Notes: generated by a model from the sequence alone, not told the origin. A stretch of DNA of 64,000 bases from Lama guanicoe (GCA_013239625.1 MU054187.1:9631231-9695230), one strand, 5' to 3'. Shown: positions 14,022 to 27,479, counted from the stretch's first letter. Translations and numbers: made by a program.

Positions 14022-14196
14022 CTGAACAGGTATGTAAAACTGATTCTGGGTTTGCAAATGGTCCATAGCCGCACAAGGTTTGTGTTGAAGTTTAGATGAA
14101 GATCGTTCTGATTTTATTCCATCTTGTAAGTAGCCCTCCTGCTCCACTTTTCTTCGCATAGTAGAATTCCAATGGTTTTTGATAGAATTATCAGTC
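14022..14196 (-). CDS. MYBL1: MYBL1 exon 6 ([22 protein letters not shown]...FYIPVQ)
   Basis: ttag acceptor; 175 nt restores phase 0; ends at a non-canonical CAG|GCACAT donor. Confidence 0.9.
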
Positions 14197-14359
14197 CTAA
14201 GAAATGTAAGTGTATGTTTAAAAAGAAACAGAGGATTCCATACATTTTAACACTGTATAAAGTATACAAGGTACTTAAAATACATTTTAACAACTGGTGA
14301 AATTAGATACTTTTTAACTCAAAAAATAAACTGTATGTGTGTCACACACAGCTCTAAAC

Positions 14360-14685
14360 ACTGGAGCTATAGCAGTGAATAAGACAAAGTCCCTGCTTAC
14401 ATGGGGTTTACATTCTCACTGGAAGTGTGGCAGCAGGGAAGGAGAAAAGAAGACAAAAATAAATTATAAGAAAAATAGTGCAATGCAGATCATTTAAAGT
14501 AGGATAAGAAAAGTGAGTAACTGGGGTAATTTTGATTAGGTGGTCTAGGAAGTCCTCTGTAAGGTGACAGTGAAGCTAAGATCTGAATGATGAGAATGAA
14601 CCAGCCATATTAGGAGAGAAAAAAAGAGCATTCCAGATAAAGGGCATAGCAAGGACAGAAGCCTTAAAGCCAGGATCAAACATGG
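14360..14685 (-). mobile_element. L2 fragment
   Basis: gcagtgaataagacaaagtccctgc..catggg.tttacattct...aggtgaca.tgaagctaagatctgaatgatgag. Confidence 0.7.
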
Positions 14686-15770
14686 TCATAAAAAGCAAAC
14701 CACAAATTCCAGAATCCCAGTATTCTTTTTCACTCCTTACAACAAAATACCTATGGAAGAAATTCACTGGCTCCCCTTTTACTGAAGTTCACCTTGTAAA
14801 ATGTAAATCTTCAACCTACAGCTACTTACAGCATACATTTCAAAACAATGCACATTTACTGAGAACCTACATCCTGCTAAGCACTAAACTAGGTTCTATG
14901 GTCAGTTAAAAAGATGCATAAGATTGAAAACATCAAAAGTTCCTAGACCAGGTTGAGTAACTTGGATGAAAAACTTAACACTATGCTTTAATTTTCTTAT
15001 CTATAACACAAAGATAGCAATGTTTGTTCTGCATATTTCACAAGCACATAAAGAAAAAATATTTTTAAAATACATGCAAAAGCATTTTATAAATTGTGAA
15101 ATACTACACAGAGATTGCAATAATAAAAAACAACTGCATACCTTCTAGCTGAGGTATGGATTTTCCCAAACCTGTTGGTCTACTGCACTGCAGACTGTTA
15201 GGAAACATCTGACTCACTGCAGTGCACCCTGTACTTAGCATGTCACTGCCCCTGAGGGAAGTTCTATATTTTAGCCACATGTGTATATATACACTACTCC
15301 CATGATCTGAGTCATATCATAATTAATTAAGAATTAAATTTTCTCTGCTGCACTTTCATCGCATTTTATTGCTGCCAGTGTATCGATTCTCCGGTCTTAT
15401 GTATAGAATCCAATACGAAAGAAATCTTTTCAACTGTGATTTCACTTCAACTGAATTTGTTGTGCAAAGAAGGTTGCTTCAAATGGAACCAATATGTAAA
15501 CATGATTTTGGGAGTGCATTAAATGTTCATATAATCTAAAGGTCCATCATTTTATTGCACAAATTACTGCTATAAAATATTTCAGTAAAAATAATTCTAT
15601 CCCTTATTACAAATTTATTACAAATATTGCAAAGGGTTGCTTGTATTATGCAGTCTAAATTTTAATTATAAATAAAATAAAAGTCATGGGGGCACTTACA
15701 AATATATTTAATAGTAACATAATAAAGATCAAGATTAAATACAGAAAAATGTATATATATTTATAAGTAC

Positions 15771-15991
15771 CTTCCAGGAAGTAATTTGGCAATTTCTGCC
15801 CAACGATTTCCCAACCGCTTATGTGCCTCATAGATAATCCTGTCCTCCTCTTCTGTCCAGGAAGATTTCTTTACTTCAGGATTCAGATGATTATGCCATC
15901 TTTCTCTACACTGCTTGCCTATTCTTCCTTTTAAATGTTTTGCAATTAAAGACCATCTTTTTGGCCCATATTTCTGAACTAATTCAATAAC
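15771..15991 (-). CDS. MYBL1: MYBL1 exon 5 ([39 protein letters not shown]...AKLLPG, Myb R2/R3)
   Basis: ttag acceptor, AG|GTACTT donor, 221 nt; translated by hand. Confidence 0.97.
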
Positions 15992-16024
15992 CTAAGAAAT
16001 AGAAAAACAATGTTTAAAAAAAGC

Positions 16025-16385
16025 ATAACCTTTTTAAAAATAAATACGGCATGGGGATGTAATGTACAGCATAGTGACTAAGGCTAATAATACTGTATTG
16101 CACATTTGAAAGTTACTTAGGGAGTAGATTTTTGTTTGTTTAGCACCATAGAGTTTATTTATTTTTTAAACACCTTTATTGTGCTGTAATTCCTGTAAAC
16201 TACACATATTTCAGATGTACAATTTGATGAATTTTGATAGATGTAGAAGAGTAGATCTTAAAAGTTCTCATCACAAGAAAAAAATGTGTAAGTATGTACG
16301 GGGACGCATATTAACTAGACTTATTGTATACATTGCGAAATGTAAGTCTACAATATGTTGTACATCTGAAACTAACACATAATCA
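16025..16385 (+). mobile_element. L1MA-like 3' end with nested antisense L1 3' tip (16130-16248)
   Basis: gatgtaatgtacagcatagtgact...gagtagatcttaaaagttctcatcacaag; gagtagat duplicated at 16122-16129 and 16249-16256. Confidence 0.8.
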
Positions 16386-17671
16386 TAAAACAACTTTTAA
16401 AAAGCACTGCATTGACAGAACTTTAAAACATAACTCAAGTATACTATTTTTAATGCATTAAATCCAAACCACAACTGTAACTTAAAAAAACTATGTACTA
16501 ATAAATACTGCTTCAGCATTGGACAAGTTCAAAACTTGATACCAAGGTACTCAATAAATATGTATTATATTAAAATTTGTAGTGTGTTACCATGAAAGCA
16601 TAAGATATTTGACAATGAGTTACGCCAATGCCCCATGTGATCTTGTGTACTGAAAAAATAAGGTAATTACTCTCCAAGGTTTAAAAAGAAAATGCTCATG
16701 TTATTAAATACAATTTTGTATCTGTGTAATAGCAAAAAAAAAATTGATCCCAAACTCATCCAAAATACATGATGCTAATAAAAGTGACCTGTAAATTAAA
16801 TTGTTTCATACAAAATTAATTTGAAGTAACAGTAGAAAGGTTGAGACTTGAGCATTTTCTGCCCTTATGTCTTTGATTAAAAAAGCTTCAGCTGAAAGCC
16901 AAATAATTCATTTTGGAAGCAGGAAGGATCTACAGTTACTGTCTTTTCATTTTTTCCTTTCTCAAGCTGAAAGGATACAGACCACACATTTTTAAAACTT
17001 ATCATTTGCCACTGAGTAAATCAGATCAGTCTGAGCCTCGTGAAACAACTTTTTTTCTTTGCTTTGAGTAGCAGTAAGAGTGCTCTAATTTCCCAACTAC
17101 ATTAACAACATTTATGCCATAAACAGCATGAACTAAAGGACAGTTCTTAGCAGAGGACAGCAGTTCTCCCATTCTCAGACTTTCATAACACAAAGAATAA
17201 CCTTGGTTTCTGAGTCATCCAGCACTTTGGAAATTTGATGCTCTGGTATCTGTCTTATTTGGGGGCTCATTATAGGTCAAGAGGGAAAGTTAAGAATGAC
17301 TTCCTTACATATCACATTATTAGATAAAATAAGAATAAAATTAAATTCTGTTTTTAAAATGCTAAGTCAATTTTCAACAAGAAACTATACCCTAAATGTT
17401 GCTAACCTAATCTCTAAACAAGGTGATTAAGCTAATAGTATTTTCCTTCTGCAAACCAAACTCAGACAGTAAAGGCTATATATATTACTTGGTTTGACTC
17501 AATTCCAAAAAAACTACATCACAAGATACTCAAATTCCAATTCTTACGCAAGCAGCATTCAGAGAACAAATCAAAGTGATTTAAACATGTTTATATGATA
17601 AACAACAACGTATTAGGGAGAAAAAAGCTAGTCCATCTACACAATGAAAATAAAGAATATGAACATGTTAC

Positions 17672-17764
17672 CCTCTGATCTTCTTCTTTCGTCCAGGGAC
17701 CCTTTATCAATTCTGGATTTAAAACTTTCTGCCATCGATGTTGGCACTGGAAATCAGAACGATT
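17672..17764 (-). CDS. MYBL1: MYBL1 exon 4 (NRSDFQCQHRWQKVLNPELIKGPWTKEEDQR)
   Basis: cag acceptor, AGG|GTAACA donor, 93 nt; classic Myb R1/R2 sequence. Confidence 0.97.
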
Positions 17765-19187
17765 CTGAAAGAATTTAGAAGATTTTGTTATTGAACAACT
17801 GCCTTCCAGAAAGCAAGTCAGCCCAAACTTACGTCTCACAACCTTAAGAAGAAAGTTTTCAAGAATAATGCATTCAACAGCATTCTTTAAAAATGTAATA
17901 TTTATTTCACATGCCTGTGTTCCAATTCATTTTTAATTAAAGTTGTAAGCAATGCTTAGACTATAAATAAAAACAGTATATATTTGAAATTAAATCATGT
18001 ATCTCTACACTGTGCCTTATAACACAGGAAAAAGCAAAGGTATAACAGATACTGCCATAAAGTAATGACTGATGAATAAAAGGGAGCAAACAGACAACTA
18101 TACAAAGCAGACATACGAACTTAAACAGCACATCAGTCTAGATTCATATAACATAGCAGCATATAGCTCTATATAATTTTAAAAAACCCTGAAAAGTATT
18201 ACTAGACTACTGCATGGTATTTAAAGGATGTTTATAAATGATGACCTCCAAGTTGTCAAGAAAAAATTAAATATATCTAGAAAGATGTGCATTACATACC
18301 AGTTAAATTACTTAGGTTTGAAGTTCAAAAGGAAAATGAATTTCCCAGGATGAAACCTTATGTAGAAACATCTCAAATTCCAAAAATGATTAATAAATGT
18401 CGCCTAATTTTAGTCAGTTCATGGCCTAGTAACTCCTACGTGTTACAAGGATAATAGTAATAACACTTAACTTTTCATTAGTGATTTACAAAGCTGTTAG
18501 TTCATATACGTATTACAGATATTTTAGAGGCATATAAAGGGACAGATTCAAATACTTCGTTTACCAGTGTCTCTGTCCTTGTGCCTAGTAGACTTACTTT
18601 CATTCAGAGTTTCTTCATTTATGGCTTCTGTACATAATCGCTGATCCATTTTGAGATTATCAATTTTTCAAAATAATCAGGCTGTTCCTGTATGTCCTTG
18701 TACCACTTCCCTGTTCACTTCATTTGCTGTTATACCACTGATGTTAAACTGATAGAGCTAACGTAAATCACCGTTCTAATTTAGCCTCCATTTACTGAAT
18801 ACCTTCAAAATTTCAGGAACTGTGCCAAATATCCTATACATTACTTCTAGTTCTCACAAAAACACATCTTTTTTTGATTTTACTGATTAGCTACCAAAAT
18901 ATTTCAACATATTTAACTTCTCTCAAAATGTTTTAACACTTATTAGCAAATATTTATAAAGCCCTACCCAAACTAAGTATCATTTTTGTTCTAAATTAGT
19001 AAACTTTTAGATCCCTGGATAAACTAATTAACAGAAAATCAGACTATAGGAAGATCAGAACGAAAGAGATGTTTTTAGGAAGGAAACCTAAATCTAAAAT
19101 AATGCAGGCACATTTTTAAAAAACAGCAAATTTAACCCCATGGCATAAATCATTCACATTAGCAATATAAGATAATGTTTCACTTAC

Positions 19188-19259
19188 TTGAAGATGACTA
19201 GCAATTAGAGTCCAATCATCAGTTCCATGTTGTTCAACCAACTTCTTTAACTTATCATC
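19188..19259 (-). CDS. MYBL1: MYBL1 exon 3 (DDKLKKLVEQHGTDDWTLIASHLQ, Myb R1)
   Basis: tag acceptor, CAA|GTAAGT donor, 72 nt; translated by hand (not in ORF track). Confidence 0.97.
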
Positions 19260-19582
19260 CTATTAAAATAGGTATGAAATTAGAAAGCTTTCTCCCTCCC
19301 TATTCCCCATCCCTAAATATGGATAACTCTTTAATTCTTCATATCATATGAAGATGGCCATTTTCAGAAGGACTGAAGCCATTAAAATGCAAGTTCTCCC
19401 ATCTACTAAACTGTTTCTGTCAGTCTCAACATCAACCCACTATTCACGTCTGGTTAAAGAAAAATAATGTGCAGGTTAGCTGATGGATAACTTTCCTCAT
19501 GTTTTGCTTTTAAATATCTTTAATATATATTATTAATCAATAAATACAAGTATGAAATTAGTAGACCTTATCACATAAGTAC

Positions 19583-19688
19583 CTCGTCTCTTGTCCATTT
19601 TACTCTGTTCCAGAGTTTCTTCAACCCTTTTTGTTGCGGTACTTCATAATCATGATCAGCGTATTGAAGGTCATCATCCTCATCCTCA
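19583..19688 (-). CDS. MYBL1: MYBL1 exon 2 (SEDEDDDLQYADHDY...KWTRDE)
   Basis: ttttttcag acceptor, GAG|GTACTT donor, 106 nt; matches A-Myb N-terminus and start of R1 repeat. Confidence 0.97.
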
Positions 19689-20149
19689 CTGAAAAAAACC
19701 ACAATTGTGAAATCAAGAATTTTATTTAAATTTGTGAATTCAATCACTGAGTCTGTATACACAGTTATGACTGAAGAAGCCACTCAGACTAGCAGACATA
19801 TATCTAATGAGATTATTCAAAGTACAAAAAAATTAAGAGTCAGACAATGGAGAGAAGCTATAGTTCTTAATGACACAAGAGGGATGAAGCTAGATATGCC
19901 ACCAGGGGCCAAGCGATAACCTTTATGTCATGCAAAGAAATCTGACCTTTGTTCTTTATTTGACCTTTAACCTAAAGAATTAAAGGAATTTAAGCAAGGG
20001 AGTGAAAGACTGATGTCCTGTGTTTCAGAAAAATCACTAGCAGGATTATGCACAGATGGAAGAAGGAAGGCCAATTAGCAGTATTTCACAATAACCCAAG
20101 TATGAAATTATGAAGGCCTGGCAATGGTATTGGTAAATTACAAAACACG

Positions 20150-20900
20150 TCAAAGATGTAATGTAAGAAATAAGCCATTTACAACACTACCAACAAAAAA
20201 AGTTAAAATATGTAGAAATAATTTGAATATACAAGATCAAGGTATAGTAAGCAACAAAAGATTATTGTGAGACACAGAACAACAAATGGAAAAACATTTA
20301 GATCACATTCTTAGATAGGAAAACAATATTATAGATGTCCATTCTCCTTAAATTAATTCATAAATTTAGACTAAACAAATAAAAATACAAATAGATTTTC
20401 AGAGGAACTGAGACAAGCTGATTCTATAGTTCATGTGGAAAAATAAATAAGCAGCAACAGCCAAAAAAAGTTCCAAAAAATAATAATAGGAGAATTAGCA
20501 CTATCCAATATCAAAATATACTGTAGAGAAACAATAAATAAAACAAAATGGTACTCGCACATGAGCAGATACTCAAATCAATGGAACAGAACATTCAGAA
20601 AAAAACAAAACCCGTATAGGAATTTGGTAAATCATAATAGCATCAGATCAATCAGCGGGGTAAAGAGGAAATTTTCAATAAAGGGTAAGATACTGGGTCA
20701 CCATTTTAAAAAATGAAGCTTAAGTTCTACTTTAACATAAAAAAATTCAGATGAAGCAAATATTTTACATTTAAAAAATGAAAACACAATAGTACTATAA
20801 TAGAGTAGAGTCCTACTTCTTATCTCTTTGAGGAGAAGAGATCTAAATGTGACAAAAATCAAGAAACCGTGAAAGAATAAATCAACTAGGGTCATGATAG
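20150..20900 (+). mobile_element. Highly diverged L1 ORF2 fragment (L1ME-like)
   Basis: acaagctgattcta.agttcatgtggaaaaa; atcaatggaacagaa; A-rich strand bias. Confidence 0.65.
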
Positions 20901-21165
20901 TGGCAATAAAAAGCAGCATATAAAACCGAGTGATATGAAAAAGGCAGAAACAAAAGGAACTTGCAACTGCTGTATATGAGACATGGGAGCAGGAATCAAG
21001 GATGACTCCAAAATTTCTGACTTCGGGAGCATAAACAGAGCTATCCACTGAGATGAGGAATAGAAGGAGAAACATAACTTTGGGAGGGAGAAGGGACTGC
21101 GGAGAGTAAGCAGCCTGGACTGATTTCAGGTCACCTGAGAAATATACAGGTGGATATACCTAGAA

Positions 21166-21620
21166 CAGCACTGCCCAACAGAAATATCATGCAAGACACA
21201 TACGTAATTTCTTAGCAGCCACATTTTCAAAAACAGGAACAGGTGAAATTAATTTCAACAATAAATGATATTTAACCCAATATATTTTAAAATTACCATT
21301 TCAACACATAATCAACATAATCACAATTTTTTTTTACATTCCTTTTGTCTTAAGTCTTCAAAATCTGGTGTGGCATTGCCCAGGAGGGAGGAGCGTGCCA
21401 AAGGCAAAAGAGAAAAAGATTAAGTAAAAGACGAAGTTGAGAGAACAAATCCAGGAACAACACGCTGTCTTCCTAGACACAGAGCTAACCAGTAGAATTT
21501 TTTAAATAAATAAAAAATAAAAATAAAATAAAAAGTACACAGTAACTCAGACTAGCCACATTTCAAGAGTTCAATAGCCACATGTGGCTGGCTAGTGACT
21601 CTCCTTTTGGGTGAAGCAGA
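21166..21620 (+). mobile_element. MER33-like hAT-Charlie MITE interrupted by a foreign insert
   Basis: cagcactgcccaacagaaata...caggtgaaattaattt...aagtcttcaaaatctggtgtg, then gactagccacatttcaag..tcaatagccacatgtggct. Confidence 0.82.
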
Positions 21621-24600
21621 TCTAGAAGACGACTGGGCACATCACCAGCATACAGAGAACAGTTAAAGTCATGAGAGCACAAAGCCCCAGAGAAGAAAGC
21701 AGGCCTTTGTGATAAACTGAATTAGAGGATTCTGAATAGTCAGAGGACTGAATAAAGTTATCAACATCTGAAAATAACATGAGCTAATATTTATTTAAAC
21801 TTTCTAAGTACCAGACATTGTGGAAAATGAAGGCTTGGATCTGTTTACAGATCCTTTGCAGGAACTTCTAATTTCTCTTGATTTGTCAATTCCATTGGAC
21901 CAAAATTATTCTTATCCGACCAAATAAGACATCAAAATCCACCACTCCCCCATCTGTGATATCTGTCTGCTTCTTTAGTTCAACGCACTTCAGTATTTCA
22001 GTGCTTTCCCCACTATGGTCCATGTCTATTTGTAACAATAATCTGCCAGTTACTTCCATATATACTTGTTTTGTTAAACTATGCTGAAAATAAAAGCACA
22101 GGTTTAATTAAAGAAATACCTGTTATTTGCAGCCATCTTCAGCTATCAGAAATACCAATGATTAGTCAAGATTAAATTGTTAAACTGGGGATGGTTCAGG
22201 ATCCAATGACTTCATAAATTTCTAAGAAGGCTAGTTAATGAGATAAAACACCATGCTGAAGCTTGCTGTCCACTGTACACACTCACGGCACCTACCCATG
22301 CTTCTTAATGCTAGTGACTTGCCAACCTTCCCAACCAAATGGTAAGCTCAGGAGTGCAAAGACCATGTCTAACACATTCACCTCTCTGCATCAGCACAGT
22401 ACCTGCCACTCACTTGTAAAATTAATGAATGATCTTTCTTACTCTTTCACCTCCTCCAAGTACTCTGCATTCCAAAATTACTTCACTCCTTCCTAATCAA
22501 AACTTCCACCTCCCTCAATACAGCTGATTTCTAGTGGCTATGATAAAGGAAACTTTTTTTTTAACAAATGAAAATATTTCTAAGAGGAGGTGAAAGGCAT
22601 TCCCATTTATTTAATAAGGACTTTCAAAATCCAAATGCACCTCCAAGTGGTAGAATTTTAAGAAGCATAAACTGCTGAAACAAACAAAAAGATATTCAGT
22701 ACAGAAGGGTTTTTTGAGTTGTTTACTAATATTGCCTAATCTTTCCTACAACTGTTCCCAGCAACATTATCACTTTCTGCCATCCCAAACAGTCCTCAGT
22801 TGTGCTTTTACAGGTTCCCCTCTTTTCTTCCCTCCCCTCAGATCCCAACAGCTTCCACAACAGCATACTTGAGACTGCTTTAAAAATTAGGTTATTTGAA
22901 AACAACTTTTAATTTGGGGATTCACCCATATAAATCTTTTGAGTATTCACAAAAATATCTACATCATATCTGTACAAAAATTGACCTTAAGGTTCTTATC
23001 AAAATATTTTAAGTTAAGGATATGAGTCCAAAAGACTAGTTTCCAAGGGGTAATCTTCCTGAAAACATGTTCATCTTAACTTTAAAAGTCTGCCTTATTT
23101 TTTAACCACAAACTTGATTTGTGAGAAATTTCTATTTCTACAAGAAGTTTCATTCTCTGTTTTGCATCAACATGGTCATCATGTTCAGGAAGCTGGGTTT
23201 TTTGAGTGGGTTAGTGTGAGGGAGGATTAAAGTAGAATTCTTAGAATCCACCTCTCTACCACTGGGACTTTCCTAGAATCTATCTACCTAGCTACTTCTT
23301 AGTTTTAGCATTATTTCTATTTTATTTAAGTAATTGTTGAAAGGATGATAAAACTTTCATAGAAGTATGATAGAAGAAGAGCCCAGAAACTTATCACTAG
23401 CTACTACATCAAGATGCCTAAGAATGCCTACAATTTGCCAAGAAAAGGGGGAAGAGATGAAATTCCACAAATAACTTCACCAATATTCTACTTTCACCAT
23501 TTAACAATGAAAAAGTCCCATTGCTTAATAATGGCTGGACACCATCAAAACAAATTGTTTCATCTGCTTCATTTTTTAAAATTTTGATTTATTTTTCTGC
23601 TTTTTGTATCTTTTAGTATTTCTGTATTGTAGCAATCAGTGCTGGTAATATCTAATAGTTAAATAAAATCAACTTTCTACTGACTAAATAGATAAACCAT
23701 TTCTAGCTAGGGTGACTAATCTAGAAGACAGTAAAAATAGATGAAATTATTTCTCCAGCCACAAAGCAAAAGTAGAAGAATTTGGTCTCTGAATCTCCAT
23801 CCAAGACTTGGTTTCCAGAATCATTCTGTCAGCTTTATTTTTTAAGTCAAAGAAAATATTTATTCTATAACTGTCCAATATATAACCTAAGTGCTATATT
23901 CAATGGAAAGGCTTTTGTAGATTATGACTAAACAAGCGATTAGGGTGATTATGAAACAGCAAAATGAAGCACACATGCACACACACACAAATAATATGAC
24001 TCACTAGGCCAGGAAAATGGTTAAGAGTTATTCTACGCTGGGGTGTAAGCTAATAGGATGTGCTAGTCATAACTTTCCCTTTGAAATAATACACAAACTA
24101 TTCACACTTGGTGATATTAATACAAAACATTCAAAAGAACTTCAATTTTAAAGTACACCAATTATTCCACATAAAAAGAGTAAAGTAAGGTAGCCAAATG
24201 AAGAATTTGAAATTTAAAAAAACATTTTATTTGAAAAGAAACTACTGGCTTGAAATTAGAGAAATATCAGTAATTCTATAAGATTTGCTGTAATAACTTC
24301 AACTTGGTATTTTAAATCAAACTGCACCAAGTCTGAATTTTTTATCATAGTCAAAAAATACATCTTTATTATACTGTCTTGACAGGATAACTGCTTTTCT
24401 AAGTTCAATCAAATACAAGGTATGAAAATTTACCAGTTTGACTTAATAAAGTGAAATCAGGCCACCCAGTGGTTAATAGGATGTACTGCATACATGAATA
24501 TTTTATTTCCAAATCTGGACTGCAAACTAACATCATTACAGTAAAACAAATTGATCTCATTTGACTATTAATAGCAATAATGAAATAAATACCAAAGGGA

Positions 24601-26358
24601 GTTCTACCCAGATATCCATAAACAAAAACAATGCAAAAACATTTCTATTTTATTCCATTAGTGTGTGAATATTTTTAAACGAGGAAAGATGACTACAAGA
24701 GTTCAAAACAGGAAATATATTAAAGCTAGAAGTCACCTTACAGACCACAAAATCCAAACTCCTTATATTAACAGACAGAAAACTGGGATATAGCGTTTAC
24801 TTGCTTTCCCAAAACAATATTGCTAGTTAAAGACAAAGCTGATTTAAAAATCAGTTCTCCTATTTCAGTATTCTTTTACCTACACCTGTCTTGCTAGAAA
24901 CAACACAGTAAAACTGCTTCCTATGCACACACATATCTCACTGAAAAACATCTTTCAAGAGTTGGCTTTTATCATTCCAGTTTAGTGCAGTCACCATTCA
25001 TTACAAGTGCAAGCACCTGAATCTGTTACTACTTACATATGCCTTCTAACTTCTAAATGACTTTTTTTAAAGTTTACTTTTAAGGGTGGAACTAGATTTT
25101 AAAACCTAAAATTAATTATTTAATACATAAATATGCTTAGAAATCAAATACATGTTAATAACAGATATATCAATTTTAGTACTGCCTGTAAATTATATCA
25201 TTAAAACCCCCAGTGGGATCTAAAACTATTTAAAGTTGCAACACTAAATATACCTTTTCCTTTATGTAAATATAGACCAGAGACACTACAGATACCTTAA
25301 ACAAAGATCACAAGAGCTAACATCCTTCAGTAGTTTCAACCTGAGGTAACAGTTTTTTATTCCTTTTTTTTTTCAGATTATATAGGAAATGTATATTACA
25401 GGATTTATGCTTGTAGTCTTATGCAAAACTTCTATATAGCAAAGTATAGTTTTCAATTCAACACTTAAATGGTTGTATAGTGGTGATCTTAAAGTGACTG
25501 AATTATGTCCTTTCTCACTCAACTATAAATGAGGTTCATATTTATTATTAAGATATTTAGCCAAAGGCATGAGACTAGAGTTTGCTAAATAAATAATTAT
25601 TCATCCTTCAAAATATTTCACAGTCTATTATTTTCTAAGACAAATAAGTCATATTTACATACACAAGAAATATAATTTAAAGCACAAAACACATTCAGAT
25701 GTGAAGACCCTAAGAAATACACCATTCAGAGATAATTTCTCACCATATCCTCTAGCTGTATACTCCCATAGGGAGTATGGCTTCACTCCACCACATTTAA
25801 TTACTCCAGACTCTTTCAACCATTCTATAATACACTTCAATTAATTTATACAGCTGACAGGAATAAAAGGCAACAGTATAATTAATGTTTAGATCTCAAA
25901 GCTCACAGTATTGTCAATAAAACAAAATAACTTATCCAGGCAAATTAATCATTAACTTACTCAGGCAAATTAATCATTAAATCATTTCTTCTTTCTTAGC
26001 CCATTATTATGAAGCATACAAATTATGAACAGATAGAAAGCCGGCTAGGAGAAGGCAGGGTTCTGACATTCAAGCATCCATGTCTAACCATAATTAACTG
26101 CTGATGACAGCATTGGCCAAGAAACTTCTTCAAATAAGATTGACAGTATTGGTAAGTAGATAATGCCACACACTGAATATAAACAAACTTCTGTTATTGA
26201 GTTGACATACTGACTTGACACCTTGCTTAATGAAAGTATATTTAAAAATTCAAAAGAAAAAGCCTAAACCAATACCTCTGTAATTATAGTTACAGGAGCT
26301 TTTAATAGCTATCTTTTCTGAAGACTGAGAAGTTAATTGGGCCCTGGACGTTCCAGAG

Positions 26359-26575
26359 CAGTGATTCTCACCTGGGTGATTTTGCCCATTTGGTAATGTC
26401 TGGAGACTTTTTGACTGTCACATCTGGGGGAAGTGGGGTGTTACTGCCATCCACCTGGTGGCTAGGGATGCTGCCAGACATCCTACAAAGCACAGGATGG
26501 CACCTGCCCCTACCCCTCACAATACAAATACAAATCTGACCCAAATTCTTAACAATGCCAAGGCTGAAAACCCTC
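26359..26575 (+). mobile_element. MER20-like hAT-Charlie MITE
   Basis: cagtgattctca...aatgtctggagac...gggatgctgc..gacatcctacaa.gcacagga...aatgccaaggctgaaaaccct; 8-bp TSD ttccagag (26351-26358) / ttctagag (26576-26583). Confidence 0.88.
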
Positions 26576-27479
26576 TTCTAGAGAGGTGCGCGTGTGCGGG
26601 TGTGTGTACATTTGTTCCACCTCAAGAGTCTGATCTATTCTGTGGTTGCTACAAATCTAACTAGGACTTAATTATATTCTATGCTGATTTGTGCAAAAAT
26701 ATCTTACACACAGAAGATGCTTAATAAATGAATAAAGCAACAAATATGTGTAGTTATTGCTAATTTTTAACAGAAATTTGCAGTGAATGAATCAAGCACT
26801 AAATTTCAACTTGGGAAGTACACTTCTAGTTAAGACTTTTGAGGTTGTGGATCTAGATAAATCCAATCATTTGGAAATCCTGTCAAACATCTTTTTCAGG
26901 CTTATTTAATAATACTGACAAAAGACACCCTAGTTTCTTGTTATCTAAGTGATTACTACACACAATTTAGGAGCAGCTACAGTACTGGCATATAAATAAA
27001 AATGAGATGCATCAATTCATCCTAGCAAGCTTTTCCAACAAAAAACGTGCCCTACCTGTGTGTGACACTTAGGTCCACTCAGGGCCCATCATGTTAAGTG
27101 AATCAAACACATTGTTTTATTTTAAGATAAAGCTACTGGTGGTAACAGTGTGACACCTTCTCAGCAGAAGATATTTAAATATATACATATACGTAAGTTT
27201 GAGAACATGGGTTGCGTAATTACAAAAAAACAGTAAAAGGGTCCTCTCTCCTCAGCTATTCCTTAGAGGATTTCCATACCTTTCAAGGTAGCAAAGATGG
27301 CGGGGGGGGGGTCCCCACCCAGCTTGATCTCAGAACTCCTATTTTTAACCGGTCCCGTAATTCTGGGGAAACTGGACCCTCTGGACACTGTTTTCTGGTC
27401 GTCCAGGCAGGACACTACCACTTTCATCCGCGAAGCGAATTCCCTGAAAGCACACGGACTTACCTGCCAAGAAACTTCC

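Noticed and set aside
25930..25980. 24-bp tandem repeat (caggcaaattaatcattaa twice), and similar short duplications near 32872-32906 and 52558-52588
   Set aside because: Ordinary two-copy slippage duplications; no spacer-repeat array, so not CRISPR-like
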